Assembly: GCA_002633005.1 (NCBI GenBank)
Contig: NMRA01000008.1
Coordinates: forward strand, 1,466,013-1,502,917
DNA length: 36,905 nt
Direction: 5' to 3'
Origin: Phoronis australis
Lineage: Eukaryota; Animalia; Phoronida
A model generated the notes under the pieces. That model had not been told where the DNA came from and made no database searches. It worked only from the letters and a program-made list of their open reading frames with translations. Of this stretch, positions 11,760-23,600 are shown piece after piece; the stretch's first letter is position 1; each line of letters begins with the position of its first letter. Both the position numbers and the translations under genes were made by a program.

Positions 11760-13760
11760 AAAATCTTCAGTTGTTGTTGCTGTTTCAGATAGCCCTCAAA
11801 CTGCTGTGCGTGAACTTGGAATCTTGCTTAATGTCAAGATCGCGTATGCGTGAACTTGGAAAACAGGAGGAAACCTGACAAGTTCACTCTAATGAACACG
11901 TTCATGTTGATAAAAATTTGAACTGCGCTATCAAATTAAAATTTAAATAACGTAAATTTGAACTAATCCTTTTTCAACTATTGGCGACCTTATTCACCAA
12001 ACAAAAATGCATTTAAAGCAGTCACATCTTTCTCCGATTCTTTGACACAAATTACGCAAAAGGAGAAAATGGGAGATCATCTGGCCAATAATTACAAAAA
12101 TGTTTCCACTGAACAAAAGAATCACCTGATTTTCCAAATGCATATTCATTTCCAAGTTCACACATACGCGATCTTGAGATTAAAGTCCTTCTCTCAAACT
12201 GCTCATGTGGTTCCAGTATCTATACTTATACATAAAATCTTATTTTCGACACCCTTTCTTTATATTCTTTTCGCCTTTCTTGCCAAAAGCGATTTTTGAA
12301 CAGTATTTGACCCTTCTCTCTGAGCGTATGATTACCGGTTGTCATCGGTTATTTCCGTACCCACATTTCCGGTTCATCAGTTCAGAAACTTGTCCTGAAC
12401 GCCGCTATTTTTTCCTTGTAACTGAATGTGCTATCGCTTGCACGAAAAGTCTTCATTAGTTTGTTTTATTAGTAATATCTCGTGATTCGTTTGCATATGT
12501 ACTGTATTTATAGTTTGTACTTAGTGGTCGTTAATTTTTTTTGGAATGTTACGCGTACTTAGTATGTTAAAATAGCATTGGTGTTTAGTTCCTTACGTAG
12601 GCCGGTCGAACCTAGGAACCAATGAATCGAACCAATTTTTTTCGGTTTTATTTTTTTCTCGTTTTGAAAAAGTACTCTGCTATCGTCGGAAAGGTAGTGC
12701 ATTCTACTCAGTAAAAATCGAAAAAGTATCAAAATCAGGGCAAGCAGTGTAAAGTTATTGCAAGTTTTGTGGCGAAATTTGGGTCGCGTCGGCCATATTG
12801 GAGGACAGCGGGATAAGTTACGAGTTCAAAAATTTGTGTAAAATTGTTTTCGCCAACAAATTACGGTGAAATTTAGTTAGACATATCTTTACTTACTATT
12901 CTGCACGATTTAACAGTGTTCACCAAATTTCAGCGTCGCAGTTGTTGCTCATTAAGTGATAAATGTGCTCACAATTCTCGTTGGACTTCGTCTCATTTCT
13001 GGCGGCACCGACAACATGGCGACTTTTGCTGAACTGAAAGGCATGTTCAGTCGGCTACTTTGTAATTTGTGAAGATTTAACGTTGATACATTTTGACAAA
13101 CGTTGCTACAAAAAAGAAACTTTGTTCAATTTTCGTGTTTTTTGTGCAAAAAATATTAGATGTATTCGAATTATTTTACTGTAAATTTCCCATTAAGGTG
13201 ATCTAACACTAAGCTAAAAAAATAGTTGAAATAATTTTGAAATGCTTTTTTGTTTGACTGTCAACTGCTGTTCAGGACTTGATTCGGTGTCACAAAATGA
13301 TTCATATTTTTTCTAAATTTTAAGTCTCAATTGCTTTCAAGTCATGTTTTGTAACTTACTGCTTCTTAATTCAGGTTATCAAGTCAACAATATGAATAAT
13401 CTTAATTTGAGAAATAAGCTATATTGGATTGTGAAGCTTCAAGCCTCTAATTCTTGTTCCTTACAACTTCATATTTTTTTAAATGATGCTTGTCAAATTC
13501 TGGTGTAAGGAAACACCGTCACCATGGTAATAGTTACATGTATGTCCACTTTCATATCATGGAAACTTGCTGTTGAATAGTGTTTGTAATGCTAAATGTT
13601 GTAAAGTATTGTGCATTTTAAGTTACGTATTAGTTTGAATCATTTTGGGTTAATGAATAAAAATGATAACATTTTGTATTGGACTTCTCATACTTATGTG
13701 CTCTAACGAGCTCCCTTTTTGAAGAACTGGGAAAAGGTCTGCCTCAGGAAGTACCAAAAT

Positions 13761-13960
13761 CAGTGGCGGATCTAGGATATCACAAGGGGGGGGCCAACAT
13801 TTTGTCCGGCTGTAAACATTTGCGCAATCTGAACCACGATTGTAGATGCGCATAGCACCAAATGGGGGGAGGTCGGGAGGGGGGTTTGCCCCCCTCCCGC
13901 CCAGGAAATTTTTCTGTTTTGACCTCTAAAAATCATGTATTTTCCTTGATTCCTGAAGTA
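13761..13960 (+). mobile_element. Terminus of a hAT-like non-autonomous element (CAGTGGCGGATCTAGGATATCACA family)
   Basis: Starts CAGTGGCGGATCTAGG with G/C-run hairpins. The same terminus occurs inverted at ~31105-31144 and ~34820-34862. No matching right end or TSD found. Confidence 0.7.
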
Positions 13961-14020
13961 TTAACCAAGAAAAAAAGGCAAAAAAAACGGAGAAAGTGTC
14001 ATATAGGAAAACTTACAAGT

Positions 14021-14086
14021 ACCGAAGACTCGAACTCACGACCTTGCGCATAGAGCGCGCGTGCGCTACCACTACACCACCACGAT
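14021..14086 (-). pseudogene. tRNA-derived module (tRNA pseudogene or SINE head)
   Basis: Minus strand ATCGTGG-TGGTGTAGTGG (A box)...GCGC-7nt-GCGC stem-loop...AAGGTC-GTGAGTTCGAGTC (B box)-TTCGGT. Acceptor-like pairing is present, but the 3' side of the T-stem is incomplete. Confidence 0.65.
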
Positions 14087-14881
14087 TTAGTTACTCATCC
14101 CTTACTAAGAGACGTACTTGTTTATGGTCCACAGCGTTTGCGCGCGAAACCTACTTCTTTTTGTAATGCTTATTACACGTTTTGTGCCATCGATTCTTAA
14201 CAAATTTGTCGCATTTAAAATAGTCTTAAAATGCCCAAAAGACCAAATCCGTTATTCGTCTTGGCAATAATGACCGGGGATTGCTTTGGAAATCGTCTTA
14301 ACATAAGGTTTGACAAAGAGAGTATTGCGAGTTTCTGAGTGATTCACTAAGGCTTCTATTAAAATTCCCATCTTACCAGCAGCTTCTGTTTTTTCATCGT
14401 CACTCAGGTTCCATTTTCTTTAAAAAATGAAGTAAATTTTCTTCATTGCACAGTGGAGCAGACGNCCCCCCCCCCATTCTTTTAGGCTTGGTGCGCTCAT
14501 ACAAAGTCTGGGAAAATCTCTATTAAAAGCCAATAACTTTGCACAGTTCGCCAGAAGTACCAAGTTCTAAATAAACCTCGTTTGAGCGAGCGCTGCGGCC
14601 TGCGACCAGTTAGGCCTAAGTGTAGCCTTGGCACAAAGCTGTATAGGCCTACTAACAAGCTGTATTTTGACGATAGTCTTCACTGGTAGCTGGCACTGAA
14701 GCTAACTAAGGTCTGCCGCGGCAGTGTGACACAGGACTAACCAGCCCGTAATTTCATGCAAGTGTCTGAAACTACCCTTGAATATATGCGGCATTTATGA
14801 TTTGACCATTTTACTTCGACAAAAAAGCTTGCAACCGCATGCGTTTACCGTTCGCCAGTGTCTGGTCTCGATCGGCACCGG

Positions 14882-15031
14882 GCGTGCGTTCAGTAACGCT
14901 AGGACCTACGCTAGGACCTAGCTAAAATCTAGCCAAAGTCACGTGCTCTCATTTGAAATACACGGCAATTTCTCGCGTAATCTCACGAAATCTTGCTTTT
15001 TAGCGAGGTCCTAGCCTTACTGAACGGGAGG
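14882..15031 (-). mobile_element. MITE family A, copy 2 (TSD CGG)
   Basis: Reverse complement of 2526-2672. CGG at 14879-14881 and 15032-15034. Confidence 0.92.
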
Positions 15032-17273
15032 CGGGTCCCGCGGCGATAGGCTGCGTTCCCGAGTCTGGCAAAATAATTTCTGTCAAAATTTATTCGCCAC
15101 ATTTCTTCAGCAAATTCGATAAAATTGTCCGTATTTTGATTTTATTTAAATTAAGGCGCGCTGTCGATTATTTTATCCCCGTTTGCAGGCTGGTAACAGG
15201 CACTCACACTGACGGCGTTTTCTTAGCCTGGGTTCCTGAATGAATTGTACTTCCGGGTTAGCGGCAAGTTCAAAATGGCCGCGTGGTTCTTCGGGTGCGA
15301 ATCGTAAGTGGCGCGTTCAGTTATACTTTTTTCGAGTACGGATCGCGTATTAGTTATGGGGTAAGTACTTCTTGAATCCTTATAACATCCTCTAACCATG
15401 TAATAAGGGTTAACAACAGGTGAGAGAAGGACTTCAAGCAGGATTCCAAGTTCACGCACAGCAAAATAACAAAATTTAACACAAAATTGCAAAAAAATCT
15501 GATTGGATAGCGGCACTTTTGGATCACATTTGTTGAATTTTTTTAGTTCAGGGTTAGCTCGTGTCCAACATTAACAGGAAAGTGTTGGTCTTGGGATGAT
15601 AAGTGTCAATTTCGCGCGGGGAGTGGCCACTTTTTTCTGAGTCTGATTTCCTTTTCAGTGGAAATGAAAGGGTTGAAATATCATGCGCGACAGAATAAAT
15701 TTACTGTGGTCACTTGAAGCGCCTATGAAACGATTCACAACTTTTCACTTTGTTCATAAGTTTTCTTCAGAGTGGACGAACGGCGGCAAGACCTGTGACG
15801 TGAACACTGTCAGGCAAAACCCAAAGAGGACAGTACAGCGCCACCTGGGCAGCTTTCACTGGCGAAGCCAACTTTCAGGTTAATTCACCAAAATTAATTA
15901 CGTAATCAGGACATACCGTACATATGATGCCGGGCTCACCAATTACAAGGTTGCATCGGTCACTTGGTGCAGTTGCACACATTTTTGAACGCATAATACC
16001 GTATACGTTGTCCAGGTCATGCAACAAAACATGAAATTTCGTTAAGGATCGAAATTGTAGGACGGGTAATCAAGGTTATCAGAGTGCGAAAGTCCCGGTA
16101 CTTGGTTTCAAGACCCTGGGCCTGACCTAGTTAGATCATGGTATCAGATAAATGTTGTCCGTCGATTGTATGCGTTACTTAAGACAAATTGATAGCGGCT
16201 TATGCAAGTCATACCTTTGTGCGAATGAGCTTGATTATACAAGAAACGAAAATTTGCCGTTGGAAAGAGAGAAAAATGTTTTCTAGAGCTTTGTAAGTAT
16301 AACTATTTCGTCGTCAATTTCATTGACACGAATTTCTTGGTATACGCGCAGTAGTTGATCAAGGTGTTCGTCTCTCAATTAAACTGGAACGTGACGTTTG
16401 AAATCAGTAATTGTTGATCAATGAGTTAGTTTGTGCCTGAATTAAAACAAAAGTGAATGCCTCGTTTAAAATTGATTGGCAATTTAATCATCTTTTCTTT
16501 GGGATTCTATGATACTAATTTTTTCATCGCCCCTGTCAGTGAGTAATGTTATCTTGTTCCAGCTTGTTTTCGGTACGTCCGCAGCTTTTAAATAACCCAA
16601 CTGCTAGTCCGTTACTTCTTAGTGTCTAGCAGCCCAGAGAAACATTTAGCCAGAAAAATGCTGCGGTTGTAACACAGTAATGATTTATCACTGAGTGCCT
16701 TATGCAGGGTTGTTCGTGTTTTAGACCCATCGATTCACTGAAAACGCGTCCGCGCATCAGTTTGTGAATAAGGAAATGTATATTTCACATGTTTGTTTTG
16801 TTTTGCTTTGTTCTTATGCTCTTGATTGTGCCCCTTACTTTCTGAATTTTATTCGTATTCCGTGGCCTTTATGTACCTCGTGCCAATCAAGGTATGCTGC
16901 AAAGTACGAGATAAAATGTGGGCGATCATTTTGTACTGATCGACTCCAGAAATGAGGTTAAGTCAGGTCACGAGTCTGGCAGCACAAAGCCCCGTCAAAT
17001 AATTTGCTTGCGGTGCAGCAAAAATTGTGTAGCACTTCCTCAAATACTTGCCATCTTAGGCCGATCAAGCGTCCATCTTAAAATCTGAAATTTGAAGAAC
17101 TGCACTTTTCCAAAACTATGACACCCATAGTCATAAATCTGGTAAAACTATTTGTTTCGAGTAGGTAAGACATCGCGTTCGTATATTGTACAACGTGATC
17201 ACATCTACAGAAAGTGTATCATTGTACTAGTATCTAAATTTTTGAACTGTAATTGTTTCATATTAGACAAGCG

Positions 17274-17467
17274 TATACACCGTATTCACGCAGTCGCCAT
17301 TTTAAAGGTTAGCCTCTTTTTAGGGTTTTAAAACAATGCATTTTGCGCTTAAACACGGCGCAAAGCGTGATTTTTTTGCGTGCCTCGTTGTATTCATGTG
17401 TTAAAATGCTTTTAAACTTAAAAAGAGGCTCACTACTAAAATGGCGACTGTGTGTTTAAGGTCTATA
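17274..17467. mobile_element. TA-flanked MITE with ~55-bp TIRs
   Basis: tatacaccgtattcacgcagtcgccattttaaaggttagcctcttttt pairs with aaaaagaggctcactactaaaatggcgactgtgtgtttaaggtctata. Confidence 0.85.
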
Positions 17468-20135
17468 CAATCTTTGAAGCGCCCACGGCGAGTAGTTCAC
17501 GATACAAGACATTTATTTCTACAGATAAAGCTGCTATGAACCGCAGGGTTAGTTGATTTCATTTTTCTGGCGAAATTTATTTCAATTTGTTATTTTTGAT
17601 CCTGTCCCGAGGGGGGGGGGGGTTTGAACATCACCAAATGGCCAGTGATCAAAGTTATTGTCCAGACTTCAAAACGCGATGACCCTAAATAACTAGTTTA
17701 CTGGACCCAAAACACAGTGGTCGGTGCTATAATCACTGGCCGACGGTCAAGCAAGACTGTTGCACTTCCTCAGAGACTCGCTTTGAATGTCTCGAAGGAT
17801 TCGACAGACATCTAGTGTTTGTTTTTCGTACCCGTTGTTTGTTTTGTTCAAAATCGACGATTTGTTCGGCCATTGTGTTTGAGCACAGGCCAACCCGTTT
17901 TACCCCCCCCCCCCNTTGCATTTATTTGCACGGACTTCAGCGCATGTATGCTGAGCGTGCTGACACGCAGCTTGCAATAGCATTGATGTAAACAAGTAAC
18001 GCTTGTGGATCGTTTTGCATTCGCCTCGGGACCTCGGTGAAAGCCAATAATTGTATAAAACTGCGTACCAAAATCAAAACTGGGCCACTTATTCCAACTA
18101 AAACTGAAACCATGGTAAGATTTTCTTTTATAAAAAAACATCCAGATCAATAGCCGTTTTTGATACTGTGATAACTTATTCATGTCGTCACTATTTTTGA
18201 GACATAAGGACTATGGCTACGGTTCGGAAAATTCGGTGGGTCATGTTTGATAGTAATTTTGTGGAGTAAACGGTAAAGGATCGCCACGAATGGCATCCAG
18301 CAGTTCTTTGAGTTAATGACATTCATTTTTGGCCTCTGCTCTTTTTTACCCGGATGCGAAAGTGCAGCCATTTTCAAAGCACATCCTTTTTTAATGGAAA
18401 AGTTTTGGCATGAATACAAGTACTCCTCAGACAAATTCAAAATAGAAAAAAATCATTTGGTAATGACATGCTTTAACTAACATTTCTGGAATCTAAAGTG
18501 CTAAGAGCATTTGGTTGCCATTTGAATTGAAGTCTTTGTACAGTGCTGCAACATTGTTTCCAACGAGATTTGACACCAACGCTCCGTAATGAGTTGTAAC
18601 GTTAACTGCCGTGTTCCCACCGAGTTACAGCGGTTTTAACCTCTCCCTAAACCTCTCCCTCAGTGGGTTACAATAACGTTAACACCCGTTTTACAATATT
18701 CATTCCGACAGTTATAAGTTTTTAATCGGTTTTTAAAATTATGAACGCTTTGGTGTGAATGGGGTATTTGTCAAGTTTGTCTAGTGGTGGACAATTTCTC
18801 AGCTCACAACAACAGACTGAAGTCAACTAAAAATCATATATTATTTCACATACACACACAACACACATAAGCTCATACCAATGATTGCTGACTATCACAC
18901 GAAAAGTTATCAAATTTCATAAGTGTCTCTTGGGGCCCTGCACATTGTCACAACTCAATAGCTTAATGTCAGGTTCACGGACTGTTCGCTGCTTTGGCTC
19001 GACTGTTAGGCATTCCTCAGCCTTGTTTGAGCTTGACCAGTCACCACTCACAGTTCAGTTGCGTCTTGACAAGACATGACGGTCACCTGGAAATTCCACT
19101 GGTTCAATAATCAAGTAAGTCAAACGACTCTCCATAACAAACCACAGCAGAATACACTTTCGCGACCAGGAGGACCCTTAAATGTCGTCTGCACATAACA
19201 CTCAGGTTAACTAACAAAGGGATTGACATGTCGTACCGGTATTAAGAGTACCTGTTCTAGCAAATATTCAATATAAGACACACTTATTTGTTCCAAAACA
19301 TGTACTGGTTTGAGCACCATGTCCTGCAAACTTGAAATACAAACCACTGGCGAACTGTATCAAGCAACACGTGTGCGACTGCAACACCGAGAGTGGCTAT
19401 ATGCACTTGAAAAACAAAGCACATTAGCATACGTATACAAAGGGCAGTCTCAGTGTTAACAACAACCATCTAGTTGAGAACCAAATCATGTGAAAAGCCG
19501 GACCAAACTGTAACTGTATAAAACAGCCAGCCAAATCGAATACAATGTCAAACCAAACGGTCAAGGCCAAACTCTCAGACAATGTGTAAAGCCAAGCGTT
19601 GTGAAACAATTTTTGACAGATGCCAATGTCATTCAAACTCTGCGCTAGGGCGTGGAAAATTTTGGCATTCGATTGAATCCCAAAACAGGAGAAATCAATT
19701 TACACTGGAGGTTGCTTTTTCAAGGGGGCATCTGTCAGGTGTGATATTTGAAAATTGTATGATAACAGTAGTTCGGTTGTAAAACAACTCATATATTATT
19801 CATATTATAATCGCAGTTACGTGAAAACATTGGCCTCCCAGTGCTCGAGATCAATAATTATTGCTCAAAATACGATGGTTAGCCCCGGGGTTACTAACGT
19901 GGGTGGAATACACGACATGTGGCCGCGCGCTCAGATGAGCGGCTTTTTCTCGACCAGGCTGCCTACGACGAGATGTCATTCCTGACCAAATTTCCTGCCA
20001 AAGAGTTCACTTCTTCGGCTGTCATTCTACCCAAGGGTCCACTATTTGTTGTCTGTTTGACACTTCTACCTTCACTGACTTGTTAGGCCTAATAGTGGAA
20101 TTTTCATATTGGCGCTGTCTTGAGTAATGAGGGCA

Positions 20136-20150
20136 CGGAAGTGACTTCCG
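20136..20150. promoter_or_regulatory. Palindromic double ETS-type site upstream of the CYP gene
   Basis: CGGAAGT-G-ACTTCCG perfect inverted pair ~250 bp before the ATG; a YY1-like aatatggcg at ~20256. Function is inferred only. Confidence 0.35.
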
Positions 20151-20402
20151 ATTGATAAACTGAAACATCCCGTCCGCATTACATGGGATCTGTAGGTGGC
20201 TCTGAACGCCTGTCCACAAAAGACCTGATCGCCGTCTGGCGGGAAAGTGAATTTCAATATGGCGCGGCTGTTTTGAAAGTCAGCTATTAGAAAGACTTGG
20301 CAGTTTTCAAAACTCTGTAACAGTGCACTGGTTGCTGATATCCTGTTTCAGACACACCTACCGCTAAAAACACGACAAGGGAAAAGTTAGAGAAACAACG
20401 TA

Positions 20403-20619
20403 ATGGCTTTAATTCTGCAGTTGCTTAACCTGGCGAAGATTTCTATTACCAGTGCAACAGTTCTTCTGTTGGTATCGACAGCGTTAATATGGTTCATAAC
20501 CCGATGGTATACCCTACGCTCAATGCCACCGGGACCGACGCCCCTTCCGTTACTGGGAAACTTGCACCAGATAGCAAGGGGAGGAATAGACAGCGTACAA
20601 TGGACCTTCAACAGGTGGG
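20403..20619 (+). CDS. CYP2-like exon 1
   Basis: MALILQ...[13 protein letters not shown]...FNRW; donor g|gtaggt, phase 1. Confidence 0.92.
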
Positions 20620-23600
20620 GTAGGTATATATTTCGATTACGGACCGCATTCCACCGGGTTGCTTTATCCGTCACGTATCGAATGCTTGTGCGTCCATCCG
20701 CAAGAATCTGAAGACACTTGCGATAAGAAAATATTGGATTTTGCGACAGAAACTTAGTATATTCCCATAATTCAACATTCCCGATCACCGTACATTCACT
20801 GTAATGGCAACCATTTTTCCTAGTGTACGCTAGCAGGAACACATTAGCAAATCAGATACAACCGGATTTCAAGTAACACTTATGGCATCTAACGGACTGG
20901 AAACGTATGTCGTATGACATAGATCAGTGACATCTAAGGGTCAAAATCAGGGGATCGTGCCGGAACACTTGCCCGGGAAGACGCGGCTTTGGTGTGGGTA
21001 AAACATGTCATGTTCAAAGCATGCACTCTAGCGCCACTAATATGCAATCTTCAAGGACCGAATTGGGGTCATTTTGTAAGTAAAACATTCAACATCCAAA
21101 CGCCGCGATTGGTTTGCTGACAACTTTAGCAGTTACCTTTTGAATCACGTTTGAAAACATGGCAAAACAGTTGTTCCTACCTAGTAGTGTGGTGATGTTT
21201 TCCTGATCGTGTTTACTAGCCTCTAATAGCGAAACACTCGCCTTCCACTCTTGTGATTTTGCGAGGATTTGTGTGATCTCGAAAGAGAGTTGCTCTAAGG
21301 CACCAATGCCTGATTGCAAATATTTTTTCTTGTTCGGTTACTGAATTCAATTCTGTAGCCATTTGCAGTCAAATGCCATTTAATTCAGAGGAGATGCAAC
21401 TGTTGTTTATAATACTTTGGAACGCCTAACACTGATAAAGTTTTAGATTTATATTTCCAAGAGTCACGAAGCTGAAGGTTAATGTTTCCCCACTTTTTTT
21501 TCAATTTTCTATATTAAATTAGTTTTGTAAAAAATTATAAATGCAAATTTGAAAATGAATGCAAACAATCTACATTATTTAAAATTACTTTTTTATCTAT
21601 TTTAAAAGTGTCAGTCAAGATTGCGATGTTCTTTTTCCAACTGAGATTCTTCATAATTATTTGGTATCGTTTTCCATAGATTTTGCGATTAGCAATTCGA
21701 ATTTTATTGAAAAAGATATAAAATTATCTCTAGATATCTGTTTGTCTTTGTTTTAGCTAAAGAGTATGGTGACGTATATACTTTTCACGTGGGCACTGAG
21801 AAGTGCGTTGTCTTGAACTCCTACGACTCGATAAAAGAGGCGTTTTCGATGCAAGAATTTTCTGGACGACCCAGTAACTTCTTATCCGAGGAGCTAAGCG
21901 AAAATATGGGTAACTAATATGGAACTTAACGCTTTGCCACATATTCAGTAGTTGTAATGCCAGTCATTTTATCCCTCACTTATTGTTCGTTCACGCTGTG
22001 TGGCGTTAAAGCTACAGTGAGAGCTGCTTCGCAATATGACTATTACCTTCCGTTTAGCACAACGCCGAATGTCAATTCTTCTGATTTATATTGCCACTAT
22101 GAACAACTCGTGTATTTTTCTCGTAGCCTCAAATCGAGTTGTACTTTCTCAGCGCATGCTCTCTGGCGTTTCTGAGAACTAGGCAGAGTAAACAAAGCCG
22201 ATTTTTGCATATGCTCTAAGGAGACTGGACTGAATAAAGTTGAAAACTCTTTTAAAATTACAGGTAAATGGCGAAAACAACACTTGATACTAAATTTACG
22301 CAGAAACTTTAAGATTATTCATTAAGCTAGCTTTTATTCCTCGGATTTCGGCTTTTCTGGTCGATCGGTGATCGGTGGTAACTTGGTATTGATGATGTAA
22401 GACTTTGATTGAAATAATTTTAAAATTATTCTTTGTGTCGAAGGTTAACTAACAGCATAAATACTGGTCCTGGGGTGGACTTTGTGAAACGTGGCCGAGC
22501 TTGCATAGCATCGGACTTTTACCGACAACATCGGCATATTACAATGCACTCTAAAACTGAACATAGGCGGTTCTCAGGAAGAAAAATGAGTTCGTGACAA
22601 TCTTGAATATTAATAAAAACAACTACTATATTAAATCGATGTTTCGGTGTTCTTTATTCAACATCATCATCAGAAGAAGAGAGAATACAGTGGCCACCTA
22701 GCTAAGCCCAACAACAAGTGATGAAACACTGACACAGTCAGTTACAGGGGGTGGCAATAAACTGATGATGCTGTTTGAATAAATATTACCGAAAGATGTC
22801 AAGTCGATTTAATACCGTAGTTGTTTTTATTAATATATGCTTCTACTTGCTATCATGGAAATCCTGAATATATTGGAAACGGTATAATTGCAACCTTTTG
22901 GCAATCCAGCCATTTTCTTAAAAACGTGTTGGTTTGTCTGCCTTGCCCTCCCCATCCATGTACACTTGAAACGCACGTAAATTGGCTTGTTTACTCTACC
23001 AAATTTTAATTTAATAATATTCAAGACGGCAGACGAAGTATTTCATACCAGCGCATCAGCGAACATCAGTCAAATGCCCAATCATCTCCAGTTTGAAAGT
23101 CACATGACTTGCAGCATGACTGAAGTCAGCACATGCGCGAATATGAAACACACCCATCGGAGTTTGATACTACGGAAATGCCCGAATTGTTCCGGATGCA
23201 TTACAAAGCGTCACAAAAATTAAGTCGTGAATTAAGGCAAATTAATACTTCTTTCCTAAGGTTAAATTGTGGACCTATTTTTGTCTTCATCAACCGTTTT
23301 ACTTTTAATTTATCTTGCTGTGAGGTTGGCCATTTTTTGATTTGCCGCGGCAGCGCTCGTAGCTTTTGATAGAGTTTGAATAGTGTTTTATCGGCTGAAG
23401 CTTGAGCCTGTCTCTTACCGCTCCATTAGAGGGTTACTAGTTCTGGGCATCAGTAAAGAAACCTCTTATTTAATGTCACGTGTCCTCTTGTTGGCCACGA
23501 GATGTGATGAACATGACCTGAAGCGATGAAATTTGCAACTTAGTACAACGTTAAAAATAGGAGATTTGCGTTATTTGTTCAAAAACAAAATATCAGGATA

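Noticed and set aside
14250-14420. ~55-codon open minus frame (RKWNLSDDEKTEAAG...) faintly like LTR gag
   Set aside because: Similarity too short; no LTR or pol context.
14465-14475. N next to a poly-C run (similarly 17915; isolated N at 34579)
   Set aside because: Assembly ambiguity, not biology.
20387-20842. 151-aa minus-strand ORF
   Set aside because: Antisense shadow of CYP exon 1; no recognisable motif.
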